Below, one piece after another: positions 30,201 to 39,068 of a DNA stretch of 64,000 bases; position 1 is the stretch's first letter, and each line of letters opens with the position of its first letter. The notes below the pieces were generated by a model. The model did no database searches. It was not told the DNA's origin and was given only the letters and a program-made list of their open reading frames with translations. The position numbers and the translations under genes were made by a program. Source of the DNA: Candidatus Kapaibacterium sp. GTDB taxonomy: Bacteria; Bacteroidota; Ignavibacteria; Kapaibacteriales; Kapaibacteriaceae. Where the stretch lies: assembly GCA_018883125.1 (NCBI GenBank), contig VEQR01000001.1, forward strand, positions 1,497-65,496, in the 5' to 3' direction.

Positions 30201-30696
30201 CAACTGCTTTGCCGTTCTAACGTCCAAGGCCCTTCAGTACGGCGTTCCGTTGGACGAACTGGTGGACACCTTCACCTTCACGCGGTTCGAGCCAGCCGGC
30301 TTTGTGGAAGGTCACGAGGCCATCAAGAATGCCACGTCCATTCTCGACTACATCTTCCGTACGCTTGGGTATGACTATCTACAGCGCACCGACTTTGTCC
30401 ACGTACCACAGGTTGATGCAGCTCAATCCAAGGCAAGCCTCGAAACGCCGGTTGCCAGCTCAGAAGCCCCTTCCCAGACTTCAGCAGATGTGATCTCTCC
30501 TGCACCCACCTACAAAGAGGTCATGGAAGCAGTCTCTGGTTCGGTGGATCACGATGGAGCCAAGTCGAAGCTTCTCGATCCCAAGAACATGGGTTACACA
30601 GGAGAGGCTTGTTCAAAGTGCCAATCCACACAGGTTGTTCGAAATGGGGCGTGCACAATGTGCTTGAACTGCGGAACAACTACAGGTTGCTCGTAA
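27223..30696 (+). CDS. nrdJ: Adenosylcobalamin-dependent (class II) ribonucleoside-diphosphate reductase
   Basis: 1157 aa. The N-terminus and core resemble NrdJ throughout, including the active-site region [16 protein letters not shown]. There is a C-terminal Zn-ribbon [22 protein letters not shown]. Confidence 0.92.
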   Translation: MKIPRRFTTSGTTPYEMFRYTIRESVLRNQSGKEIFRMDHVEVPEAWSQVATDILAQKYFRKAGVPVTDDAGAPVLNEDGTPKTGAETSVRQVVHRLAGCWRWWGEKYGYFDTVEDAQAFYDEIAYMLLKQMAAPNSPQWFNTGLNFAYGITGSAQGHLYVDPDTKTLTRSADAYTHPQPHACFIQSVNDDLVNEGGIFDLATREARIFKYGSGTGSNFSNLRGESERLSGGGVSSGLMSFLKIFDRAAGAIKSGGTTRRAAKMVIVNVDHPDIEKFIEWKAKEEEKVAALVAGSKIASTFLHAISDAAQQGGTDEQTNERLRVLIQRALNRGVPYNIIKRTLALIDQGFTNIDFAQFDTHYEGEAYNTVSGQNSNNSVRVTNDFMEAVITDSSWNLTWRTDSTKHVTVRARDLWNKINMSSWKSADPGLQFDTTINEWHTCPNDGRINGSNPCSEYMFLDDTACNLASLNLAHFYDEPSQTIKIDDYRHAVRIWTSVLEISVLMAQFPSAEVAQNSYDFRTLGLGYANLGTVLMMMGIPYDSPKALAICGALSSIMTGESYAASAEMAADVGPFPKYDNNRDAMLRVIRNHRRAAYNAADSEFEGLTITPMGISEELCPADLMVAARTAWDKALALGEEHGYRNAQATVIAPTGTIGLVMDCDTTGIEPDFAIVKYKKLAGGGYFKIVNQSVHKALAALGYSDQQIDDIEKYCKGHGTLIGCPHINRQSLKALNFTDEAIDAVERQLDSTFDVRFVFNKYTLGEELCQQLGFSAQQLDDMQFDMLTELGFSSEQISEVNDYICGTMMIEGAPHIKDEHLPIFDCANKCGKRGERYIDYMAHVRMMAAAQPFISGAISKTINMPAEASVDNVGDVHLASWRLMLKAIALYRDGSKLSQPLNASNDNFDEMVLLGDQDDWDETVDQKAIQKVIVERVYQRAERRRLPKRRHGYVREATVGGHKVYIRTGDFDDGSLGEIFIDMYKEGASFKGLLNCFAVLTSKALQYGVPLDELVDTFTFTRFEPAGFVEGHEAIKNATSILDYIFRTLGYDYLQRTDFVHVPQVDAAQSKASLETPVASSEAPSQTSADVISPAPTYKEVMEAVSGSVDHDGAKSKLLDPKNMGYTGEACSKCQSTQVVRNGACTMCLNCGTTTGCS

Positions 30697-30726
30697 AGAC
30701 CCCCAATTGCTACAGAAAATCATGTC

Positions 30727-30762
30727 AAGGGGCCTATCGACTGTCGATTGGCCCCTTTTCGT
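30727..30762 (+). terminator. Rho-independent terminator downstream of nrdJ
   Basis: AAGGGGCCTATCGAC-T-GTCGATTGGCCCCTT forms an imperfect stem of about 14 bp followed by TTTCG. Confidence 0.55.
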
Positions 30763-30794
30763 TGAGCTTTCGGCCAGAATCGGCACGGTTTTTC

Positions 30795-30826
30795 TTGCGA
30801 ATGATAGCCCCGAAAACCTATTTTGG
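30795..30826 (+). promoter_or_regulatory. Putative Bacteroidota-type sigma-A promoter (TTG about -33, TATTTTGG about -7) upstream of the Cys-rich small-protein operon
   Basis: TTGCGA ... (21 nt) ... TATTTTGG matches the TTG / TAnnTTTG consensus described for Bacteroidetes promoters. It lies 40 nt upstream of the first Met of the ORF at 30866. Confidence 0.3.
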
Positions 30827-30865
30827 GGTTCATTGTGTCTGAAAATCTAGATCCATGAACATGCA

Positions 30866-31225
30866 TTGGAGAATTCCATGAAAATGCGTCAAATCGTCCT
30901 GTCGGTAAGCGCACTTTTTGCCTCGACAGCCATCGTCCTTGCCGGGGGAGAGTCCTGTGGCACTAAGGCCGCTTCAGCTTCGGCAAAGTCTGGTTCATGT
31001 TGCTCCATGAAGGCCTCGAACGTCAAGAAGGCATCAATGGACAAGTGCTCCATGGACGCAAAGTCCACCAAGGAGTGCTCGACAGAAAAGGCTGAAAGCT
31101 GCTCAATGGCGAGTTCCAAGAAGAGCGGTTCATGCTGCTCAATGAAGGCCAAGGATGTAAAATCAACATCGACGCAACCAAAGGTCGAAGTTGGTGTTGT
31201 TACACCGGATCAGTCAGGAAAGTAA
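30866..31225 (+). CDS. Small secreted Cys/Ser/Lys-rich repeat protein. The likely start is the MKMRQ Met at about 30878.
   Basis: Sec signal peptide MKMRQIVLSVSALFASTAIVLAGG, followed by a low-complexity region with four repeats of C(C)SM(K/D/A): SGSCCSMKAS, KCSMDAKS, SCSMASSK, SGSCCSMKAK. Confidence 0.5.
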   Translation: MENSMKMRQIVLSVSALFASTAIVLAGGESCGTKAASASAKSGSCCSMKASNVKKASMDKCSMDAKSTKECSTEKAESCSMASSKKSGSCCSMKAKDVKSTSTQPKVEVGVVTPDQSGK

Positions 31226-31332
31226 CGGCGGTCTGAAATACGGGGGGGCTCTCGTGCGTCTAGGCTGAAGCCTGCACGGGCGCTTAACGGACAGGGTCTC
31301 GGCCCTGTTGGAATCACATCTGGAGGAACGCC

Positions 31333-33444
31333 ATGTCCAAAGGCGGAGCTGGAAAAGTTTATTTCGTGTTGTACCTCGCGGTCATCCTCGAGCTCCTCAT
31401 CATCATTGTGGAGCGCGACGAGGCCGAGGAACACCTGATCCGAAAGCAGAAGGAAGCCGAAGAAATCGTGGAGGCTGTGATGGCACAGCTGAACACGGGC
31501 TTTGGTGCCAGCGGCGTTAACGCCCTTCCGCAGGATGAGATCACCCTCCTCGACAAGTCCGTAATGTCGGGCGTGTCCGAGCGTGACCGTCCAAAGGAAG
31601 AACGGGCGTACCAGGTTCGTGTTTCAACGGTGAAGATCAAGGACATCCTAGGTGACGACCTACCTGAAGAACAATCGGAAAAACGTAGGCGTATCGAAGA
31701 AATCATCCGCCTCTTCAACGTTACAAACCTCAGCCTGGTTGATACCCTCAACGAATCGAATGAGGTTGAGCGACTCACTCTTGACCTTGACCCAGACTGG
31801 TTGAAGAGAAAGACCGACGAAGTGTTGCAGAAACTGGGTGGATTGAAAACAATCACGGACGTCCCCGATTATCGCGATGGATTTTCGTTCTTGAAGGCTA
31901 TTGTGCCTGACTCGCTCAATTACAAGGGCAACACTGATCTCGCGAAGTTCCGATTCAGCCCACACTTGACAGCACTTGACAAAGTTGCGTTCGAAAACGG
32001 TATCAAGATCTTTGAGTACACGTTCAAGCAAACCAGTCAAGGGTTATATCGGGTTAGACTGAATTCGAAGACAAACAACATTCTTGGCATTGCCAACCTT
32101 GACAAATCGGCGAGCGATGATCCGGAAGATGTGATTTCGATCGGAACTATCCAACTGACACGTAAGCAGCTCTCGAAGGTAGAGAAGCGCTTGCTCAGTA
32201 CCTTGGGTGCCGAAGTACAGGGTCTTTGCGCCAAGTTTGGGGCATCGTCAGACTACAAATACGTGGAGTTTTCGCAACAGGTTGATGCCGCGATTGAAAA
32301 GCTGAAACACGAAGACCTTGGGCTGAAGTCCAAGTCGGAAAAGATTCGTCGCGCTGAACTCCTCAAGAACATCACGGTTCTGCTCCATGGCGATGCTAAT
32401 CAAATGGAACAGAACAATCCATCGTTTGCCTTCGAAGTGTTCGTGAAGAAGCCGAACATCGAGCGGGCTGAGCCGTGTATTTCGGACTTGTTGGAAGACC
32501 AACGAGTTCTGTCTGGCATCAAAAAGGCCGTCATTCCATTTACGGTCAACAACTTCCGTGGTGATGCTCCACAGGTCTCCGTGACTCCGAGCGACGTCAG
32601 CGTCCGCGTGGTCGCCCAGGGAGACGCAAAGGCAGGGGCTGGAGGTGCGAGAAATCAACCTTTCGAAATTCACGTGGAAGGGCTGGTCACCAACGGCGCT
32701 CCAAAGTCATATACCTTCAAAATCACGAACGTGAATGCGTGTGAAGACGCCGAGCCGGTTTCGAAGATCTCCGTGTTCCCATCGGATCTGAAGAACAAGA
32801 CTGCAATTGATGCCGTGCTAGACAAGCGCGTCTATGCCGGAAAGCCTCTGCGCCTGCCGATTGAACCATCCTCAGGTGGTGAGATTCCTTCCAACCAGTT
32901 CCAGCTGTCATACAATCTTAACGGCGACCAGCAGAACTTTGAAGGCACTACGCCATTACAGATCACCATTCCATGTATCCCAAAGAATCTGTCGGCACTG
33001 AACGTCAAGGTAAAGTGGCGCTACAAGGTCCCGGGATCTCAGTACACTGAGGAAGTGGACCTTTATGATCGAACAGTCAATTCTGCCAAGCAGTCTTCAC
33101 CGGAAATCATCCTTGCAAATACCAGTGAAAACTGGGACGCTAAGAATATGCGTCTTGTGGTCAGCGGTATTGAGGTGATTCCGCCAAAGGTTGATTGTCC
33201 GAACGTCGTGGCTCAGGACAAGGACATCAAGGTTGATGTGAAACTGGACAAGCCAAGCGTAGGCAAGTATCAGGTTATCCAGTCAATTGAGCCCGAAGGT
33301 AGTGGTCGCTATCGTCTCATCCTGACCCTAAAGGGCCCGCGGATGAAGTTCCCAGGCGACAACGTCGAGGCATCCATCACGGCAAGCATTGGTGGAGTAT
33401 CGATCTCTGAGACGAAGACTGTCTCTATCCCCGAATTCCGTTAA
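31333..33444 (+). CDS. Hypothetical bitopic inner-membrane protein (N-terminal TM anchor, coiled coil, large beta-rich periplasmic region). It is the first gene of a four-gene envelope operon.
   Basis: N-terminus GKVYFVLYLAVILELLIIIVERDEAEEHLIRKQKEAEE is a single TM helix followed by a charged coiled coil. The remaining roughly 600 aa are Ig-like and beta-rich. Only a weak GldM/PorM-like architecture is seen. Confidence 0.6.
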   Translation: MSKGGAGKVYFVLYLAVILELLIIIVERDEAEEHLIRKQKEAEEIVEAVMAQLNTGFGASGVNALPQDEITLLDKSVMSGVSERDRPKEERAYQVRVSTVKIKDILGDDLPEEQSEKRRRIEEIIRLFNVTNLSLVDTLNESNEVERLTLDLDPDWLKRKTDEVLQKLGGLKTITDVPDYRDGFSFLKAIVPDSLNYKGNTDLAKFRFSPHLTALDKVAFENGIKIFEYTFKQTSQGLYRVRLNSKTNNILGIANLDKSASDDPEDVISIGTIQLTRKQLSKVEKRLLSTLGAEVQGLCAKFGASSDYKYVEFSQQVDAAIEKLKHEDLGLKSKSEKIRRAELLKNITVLLHGDANQMEQNNPSFAFEVFVKKPNIERAEPCISDLLEDQRVLSGIKKAVIPFTVNNFRGDAPQVSVTPSDVSVRVVAQGDAKAGAGGARNQPFEIHVEGLVTNGAPKSYTFKITNVNACEDAEPVSKISVFPSDLKNKTAIDAVLDKRVYAGKPLRLPIEPSSGGEIPSNQFQLSYNLNGDQQNFEGTTPLQITIPCIPKNLSALNVKVKWRYKVPGSQYTEEVDLYDRTVNSAKQSSPEIILANTSENWDAKNMRLVVSGIEVIPPKVDCPNVVAQDKDIKVDVKLDKPSVGKYQVIQSIEPEGSGRYRLILTLKGPRMKFPGDNVEASITASIGGVSISETKTVSIPEFR

Positions 33445-33471
33445 CAACCATACGTCACGCGAGAACGGCAC

Positions 33472-35208
33472 ATGAATATCCGTAGGTTTTGGACCCTCCA
33501 ACTTGCTTTGATCACTGCACTGATCGCGCAACCATTGATTGCGCAGACTGATGGTGCCTACGTCGGCAAGTTCAAGAGCGTCCTCCGGTCACTCTCCAAC
33601 TATCGTTATGGGGACATCTCTGTCTTCCGTGTTGATGGTCAGTTGTTTGCAGATGTGCAGCGCTATCTTAACCCACCACCAGTGGACAAAACAGGAGCTC
33701 TGGAAAAGCTGGGTAAGAAGGACCAGAACCTTGTTGATGAGATCAAGCGTGCAGTGAAGCGTTCACAGATCTACGAGAAGATCCAAGAGCAACTTGAAGG
33801 GGCTGGATATGCTCCAAACGATCTTGCCGACCAGGATGTACAGAACGTGATTCAGTTCTATCTCGATCAACGGCAATATGAAAGCGAACTGTTCACCGGT
33901 GCATACATCGTAACAACGAAGTATCAGCGCGGCGAAACGGGTGAAAACCTTATCGTCGTGGGTTTGATGAAGACCCGGGTAAAGCCAGCAGGAAACACCA
34001 TTCGTGATCTGCGCGGCGTAAATCCTGGTGACATCATCACGCGTTTCGAACTCACGCGCCTGGATCCGCCTCCTACTTCAGCAAAGTCGTACGATGACAA
34101 AATGTACGGATACCTGAAGGATCAAGTCATTCAGAACAACGTGTTGAACGTCACGCTTGAAGCGCAAGGCATCGATGATCTAGATACACGATTTGTGCGT
34201 CAGGTTTTCGGCAACGCCGTGGGTGTTCCTGAAGATGATGTACAGCAGTATATAAAGATCACAAACGGTATCCCCGTCAGCTATTTCGGTCCGAACGAGC
34301 TGACGATCTCGGCAGCCGACCTGATCTCCTATCGCCGCTACCGACCAGATCCTACACAAAAGACCGTCAAGATGATGGTCATGGACAGCACAGGAACAGA
34401 GTCGGAGCAGGAAGTTGAAGTGACGACATACAACAGTCGTCTGGCCCAATACGGATTCGAACTTCGCTACGGACTCGAGGATGTTAATTATCCTACTCTC
34501 TGGTCCGAGCGCATGTCGCTGAACGCTGTCTGGAGTCAGGCACGTTTGGGCGTAATCCTTCCTACGGCTGGCTGGTCTGACCTTGCTGCATCGTTCGGTA
34601 ACGTACGTACGATGACAAATGCGGGGTTTGGTGTTAATGCAGCACTGGAAGTGCCAATCAAGATCATCGCAGAGTCAGGCGTGTTCAACTTTTCTGGCAG
34701 CTATGTCTTCAACGATGCCGAGAGCACCACTGAGGCAGACGGCTCGTCGCGTAAGCGTCTGGATGAACGGCTTGGTCTTCGCTTCGACCATCTTGTGCGT
34801 TTCCACGCCAGCGCTCAGTACACATTTGCGATCCGCGTTGATGAAAGCAACTTGTTCCGCTTCCGCCTTGGTGGTACGGGGTACAGCATGGAGCGCTGGA
34901 ATGATGTTGACACGGTTACGGCAAACGGCACAGACTCAACGATGTTCCGCAAGTTTGATAGCAAGTTCATTGGCGGTGTGTCGGGAAAGATCGAATTCAT
35001 GAACACGAGCTGGAGTACACCAATGGGTGCGTCACTCCAGTATTTCGACGAAGCAATTCTCGGAAATATCTGGCTTCAAATTCAGGCCTCGCAAAATCTC
35101 GGTTTCCGAGTTGACGTGAACATGTTCACCCCAGTCTTCCGCGATCCTCGGGCCTGGGAAAACAACGCTGTGTTCATGCCGTCCCTTCGTGCTATTCTCA
35201 ACTTCTGA
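33472..35208 (+). CDS. Hypothetical secreted protein, probably an outer-membrane beta-barrel
   Basis: Signal peptide MNIRRFWTLQLALITALIAQPLIAQ. The C-terminal half shows an alternating amphipathic beta-strand pattern and a terminal aromatic (…RAILNF). Confidence 0.55.
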   Translation: MNIRRFWTLQLALITALIAQPLIAQTDGAYVGKFKSVLRSLSNYRYGDISVFRVDGQLFADVQRYLNPPPVDKTGALEKLGKKDQNLVDEIKRAVKRSQIYEKIQEQLEGAGYAPNDLADQDVQNVIQFYLDQRQYESELFTGAYIVTTKYQRGETGENLIVVGLMKTRVKPAGNTIRDLRGVNPGDIITRFELTRLDPPPTSAKSYDDKMYGYLKDQVIQNNVLNVTLEAQGIDDLDTRFVRQVFGNAVGVPEDDVQQYIKITNGIPVSYFGPNELTISAADLISYRRYRPDPTQKTVKMMVMDSTGTESEQEVEVTTYNSRLAQYGFELRYGLEDVNYPTLWSERMSLNAVWSQARLGVILPTAGWSDLAASFGNVRTMTNAGFGVNAALEVPIKIIAESGVFNFSGSYVFNDAESTTEADGSSRKRLDERLGLRFDHLVRFHASAQYTFAIRVDESNLFRFRLGGTGYSMERWNDVDTVTANGTDSTMFRKFDSKFIGGVSGKIEFMNTSWSTPMGASLQYFDEAILGNIWLQIQASQNLGFRVDVNMFTPVFRDPRAWENNAVFMPSLRAILNF

Positions 35209-36629
35209 TGCAAACCTCAATGACGAACATTATGCGCCGATTCTTCATTGCAACTGTCGTTCTTCTGTCGCTGTTAGGGAGTCGTGCAACTACAGTGTTT
35301 GCCCAGGAGGCTGACTCTGCTGTCTACACGCGTCTGACATCGATCGACCCAGAGCTGCTGCAGTACTTTCCTCGCTGGTTTATCTGTGAATCAGACATCC
35401 AAGCGAAGATCTTCAATGCATTCCGAGTACTGGGATATCGCCGAGAGAATCTCGATCAACAGAAGATCGTGGTGACGGCACAGCCAGTAGCCAACTCAGA
35501 GGATCCGTTCGAGATTCTTATCGTTGAGTGCGGTACAGAAAAGATGACCTCGCAGGAGATGTCCAGCAACATTCCAAACATTCTTTCCCGTCTCGCGGAA
35601 GTATCACGGCCATATTGCTATACGGAGATTCCGACGACAACACCGGCATCACAGCCGCAGTCGGAAGCGATCACCAGCTTCCTGCGTCCGAATAACGCGG
35701 CTCATTCGTTCACGTTGTCTGCATTCGAGCAAACGCTGAAGATCGGTAAGTCAGGATTCTGGCTTTCGAACATCATGGGCACTGACCAAACTGGCTACCA
35801 TTTCTGGAATGCCGGCGAAGCTAAGGTTCTTCTTCAGCGTCCATTGTACGTAAACAATGATCAGGAAACACGCCGTGCCATTCCGTATCTGATTAATGCG
35901 CGTATGGGAATGGGTTATCGGATGACGAGCGACCCACGTCAGTCCGGAATCCTGAGTTTCATCCCGGCACGACGCCTAGACGCCGGTTATGGCGGAAAGA
36001 TCGTTACGGCATTGGACTTCAATATGCCGTTCAACCCACGTTTCGGTCTTAGTGTCAACGCAGAGTTGCCACTTGAACCAGTGAAGGCTTCCACGCTGGT
36101 TGATACGACGACGTACGCTTCTACGCCGATTGATTTCGACAGCCGCGTAATCAACGTCGATAATCCGCTTATCGTTGGAAACCCAGTCAGCACGGTTAAT
36201 CTGCTTCGTGCCACGGGCCAAGTCACCATGTTCTACAACATGTGGCTTGACGAAACACGCCCGGAAAACTTCTTCCGTTTTGATCTCGGTGTTAATTACT
36301 ACGAGGTTCGTGAAGCCGCCGTTCTTGCAGATACAGCTACAGGGTATACGACGCTTGCCATCCAAGGTATTTCAGGGTTGCAGACGTGGAAGCCAAACGA
36401 GCTTGGTGATTGGATCTATGCAAAGGTTGAATACCGCAACCAGAGTACGTATCCCTTTGGTGTCGACCTCCAGTATGCCAACCAGACTCTGATGGCCCAT
36501 GCGTATGTGCCTCTTTTTGGGCAATGGCTGTATCTGGAAGCGAAATATGCTCAGCCGCTTCGTGGACTTCGTCCATTTGAACGCGAGCATGTCTTCATGA
36601 TCAGCCCGGTTCTCCGACTCACGTTATAA
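35208..36629 (+). CDS. Hypothetical secreted / outer-membrane protein
   Basis: Signal peptide MRRFFIATVVLLSLLGSRATTVFA. The C-terminal half is beta-rich. Its start ATG overlaps the upstream stop (ATGA). Confidence 0.5.
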   Translation: MQTSMTNIMRRFFIATVVLLSLLGSRATTVFAQEADSAVYTRLTSIDPELLQYFPRWFICESDIQAKIFNAFRVLGYRRENLDQQKIVVTAQPVANSEDPFEILIVECGTEKMTSQEMSSNIPNILSRLAEVSRPYCYTEIPTTTPASQPQSEAITSFLRPNNAAHSFTLSAFEQTLKIGKSGFWLSNIMGTDQTGYHFWNAGEAKVLLQRPLYVNNDQETRRAIPYLINARMGMGYRMTSDPRQSGILSFIPARRLDAGYGGKIVTALDFNMPFNPRFGLSVNAELPLEPVKASTLVDTTTYASTPIDFDSRVINVDNPLIVGNPVSTVNLLRATGQVTMFYNMWLDETRPENFFRFDLGVNYYEVREAAVLADTATGYTTLAIQGISGLQTWKPNELGDWIYAKVEYRNQSTYPFGVDLQYANQTLMAHAYVPLFGQWLYLEAKYAQPLRGLRPFEREHVFMISPVLRLTL

Positions 36630-36640
36630 GTCTATCCCCC

Positions 36641-37972
36641 ATGCACACGATGTGTGCGGTCTGCGGCGTACTGACGAGCCTGTATCTGTTGATAGCGGCC
36701 GTGCCGTCGTATGCACTGCTGCAAGATTCAACCTTGGAACAACGTCGCCGGCTTGCGGAGCATGCCCGGGTGATGTTTCCTCTTGATGGCGTTAAGCTCA
36801 CGATCCAGAACGTTACACTTGCCGCGTTCCCGGAGATAGGCCTGGTTGTTGAGTGTGACGGAGACTGCAAAGTACTCGACACGCTGAAAGCCTCAGCGCT
36901 AACGGTGATGGAGAATGGCGTAAAGCGGCCCGTTACGCGAATTCACAAGATCGACGTTAAGGAACGCGTACCAGTGGACTTCATGTTCGTGCTTGACGTT
37001 ACGGGTACGATGCAGCCATACATCAATGGCGTTCGAAACAACATTGAGGCATTTGTCCAGAATCTCTCCAAGCGAGGTATTGATTACCAGCTTGGCCTAG
37101 TGTTGTACAGCGACGTTGTTGAGGCGATCTATGAGCCAACCGACAGCGTTGGCAAATTCCTCGGCTGGATGAGCAAGGTTCAGGCATTTGGTGGATTTGA
37201 TGAGAAGGAAAATGCTCTTCAGGCCCTCTACGATGCCAGCCGTGCCCGATTCCGTCCGGCCGCCAACCGCGTTGCAGTGCTCGTGTCAGACGCCGGCTTC
37301 CATCAGGTTGGAGAAAGGGGCAGTGGGCGAACAAAGTTCAATGTTGAGACCATGATCGAGCACTTGAACGAGCTAAAGGTGCGCGCTTTTTGTATCGTTC
37401 CGTCAAACCTCAAACCCTATCAACGACTGGCAGAGGGTACAAAGGGTACGATCTTCGATCTGAACCAGTCGTTCGCAAAGATTCTTGATCTCTATTCGCA
37501 GCGACTGACGAATCTTTATACGATCTTTTACAAGAGCGACACGAAGGTTCGTAGCGATTCTATAAATGTTGCTCTTCTGGACGAACGAAAGAGAGAGCTG
37601 GTCAAGCAGATCATCCCGATCGTTGAGATCGGACGGAAGATCATAATTGAAAACCTTCTATTCCCCGTTGCTTCGTCGGTTCTTCCTGATAGCGTTGAAG
37701 AGCTCGAAGTCCTTAACGAATTCATGAAGAGCCGTCCTTCCGTGGTGGTGCGAATAGAAGGTCACACTGACAATACCGGTACTCCAAAGCAGAACAAGGC
37801 GTTGTCGCTATTACGTGCCGAAGCTGTTCGCGCCTACATGCTCAAGAAAGGGCTAGACCCCAAACGACTTATGGCCGTCGGACTTGGCTCAACGAAGCCT
37901 ATCGGTGATAACACAACGGAGTTTGGACGAAAGCTGAACCGACGGACGGAGATCGTGATCGTGGGTAAGTGA
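36641..37972 (+). CDS. VWA-domain protein with a C-terminal OmpA-like peptidoglycan-binding domain
   Basis: VWA region (FMFVLDVTGTM MIDAS-like motif ... AVLVSDAGFH). C-terminal OmpA_C signature (VVVRIEGHTDNTGTPKQNKALSLLRAEAVRAYMLKKG...NRRTEIVIVGK). Confidence 0.75.
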   Translation: MHTMCAVCGVLTSLYLLIAAVPSYALLQDSTLEQRRRLAEHARVMFPLDGVKLTIQNVTLAAFPEIGLVVECDGDCKVLDTLKASALTVMENGVKRPVTRIHKIDVKERVPVDFMFVLDVTGTMQPYINGVRNNIEAFVQNLSKRGIDYQLGLVLYSDVVEAIYEPTDSVGKFLGWMSKVQAFGGFDEKENALQALYDASRARFRPAANRVAVLVSDAGFHQVGERGSGRTKFNVETMIEHLNELKVRAFCIVPSNLKPYQRLAEGTKGTIFDLNQSFAKILDLYSQRLTNLYTIFYKSDTKVRSDSINVALLDERKRELVKQIIPIVEIGRKIIIENLLFPVASSVLPDSVEELEVLNEFMKSRPSVVVRIEGHTDNTGTPKQNKALSLLRAEAVRAYMLKKGLDPKRLMAVGLGSTKPIGDNTTEFGRKLNRRTEIVIVGK

Positions 37973-37974
37973 CG

Positions 37975-38420
37975 CCTTCGGCGTGGGGGACGCTTCGCGT
38001 GGGGGACGCCTTCGGCGTGCGAGACCTTCGGTGCGAGACGCCTTCGGCGTGCGAGACCTGCGGTGCGAGACGCCTTCGGCGTGTGGGACGCTTCGCGTGG
38101 GGGACCTGCGGTGCGAGACGCCTTCGGCGTGCGAGACGCTTCGCGTGGGGGACGCCTTCGGCGTGTGGGACGCCTTCGGCGTGTGGGACCTGCGGTGCGA
38201 GACGCCTTCGGCGTGCGAGACCTGCGGTGTGGGACCTGCGGTGCGAGACGCCTTCGGCGTGCGAGACGCTTCGCGTGGCGTCATCCCGAACGAAGTGAGG
38301 GACCTAGTGTGGGACGCTTCGCGTGTGGGACGGTGGTGTCACTCGTCTCTCGTACCCCGGGCCAAGGCCCGGGGCTATTATGGATGGATTGTCACTTGTC
38401 ACTCGTCACCCGTCACTCGT
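37975..38420. repeat. Mosaic GC-rich minisatellite of three short unit types (GRGACGCCTTCGGCGTGY, GRGACCTGCGGTGY and GRGACGCTTCGCGTGGG). It is followed by the palindrome CCCCGGGCCAAGGCCCGGGG and GTCACTYGTCAC units.
   Basis: Read directly from the sequence. About 19 units occur in irregular order. The first unit type contains a UUCG-loop hairpin (ACGCC-TTCG-GCGT). Confidence 0.9.
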
Positions 38421-39068
38421 CTACATCCCCAGCCCCTTGCCGCGAAATAGCTTGGCATATGCCGCATTGCCGGGGTGGGTGGTATCCATGCAGTTGACCA
38501 CGGTGACCGGACCCATGATGCGGGAGCGGATTTCGAAGGAACCAATAGTGCGTGTGGTGCGCGGGACAATGGTCGAAACATCGACTTGCGAGAGGTTGCC
38601 GACCAAGTAGAGGGTTGCCGGAAGTTCGTTCTTGGTAAGAAGCCCTCCGATCATCGACACGATAACGGACTGCTTGCCAAGAGGGAGCTTCGTTTCGGTC
38701 GACATTGCTTTGCGGAGGTTGCGCCGATACTCTCCAATTGATGCACACCATGGATCCGTCGTTGGCGAACCGATGATCATATCAGTCGTTGCAGTGTCTG
38801 CTCCAATGTCGCGCGTGATAACGTCGATGATACTGTCGGCACGACGCTGCTCAATGCGACTGAAGACCACGGTGTACACAACGCGCTTGGCGCTCTTGAG
38901 CTTTTGACGAGAGAGTACCTCACCCGGCTTGGTGGAATCACGGTATAGCGCGCCCAGGACAACTGCCGTAACGGCCAGGACAGCAACGATGATGTAAAAG
39001 TACAGCCAACCATTCTTTGTGGTTGGCGGCAGCATCGACGCATTGTCGTCAAACTCTTCTGTGCTCAT
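38421..39068 (-). CDS. Hypothetical membrane-anchored protein (N-terminal TM helix, extracytoplasmic domain)
   Basis: 215-aa ORF. The TM helix is WLYFYIIVAVLAVTAVVLGAL. It is the last gene after yebC and purF on the minus strand, and its start is 4 nt from the purF stop. No family was recognised. The GTCACTCGTC repeats supply its last codons. Confidence 0.5.
   Translation of the reverse strand: MSTEEFDDNASMLPPTTKNGWLYFYIIVAVLAVTAVVLGALYRDSTKPGEVLSRQKLKSAKRVVYTVVFSRIEQRRADSIIDVITRDIGADTATTDMIIGSPTTDPWCASIGEYRRNLRKAMSTETKLPLGKQSVIVSMIGGLLTKNELPATLYLVGNLSQVDVSTIVPRTTRTIGSFEIRSRIMGPVTVVNCMDTTHPGNAAYAKLFRGKGLGM

Noticed and set aside
37975-38420. Possible CRISPR array
   Set aside because: The repeat units are only 14-18 nt. 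Three unit types are shuffled with no unique spacers of uniform length. No cas genes are nearby. It is a minisatellite, not a CRISPR.
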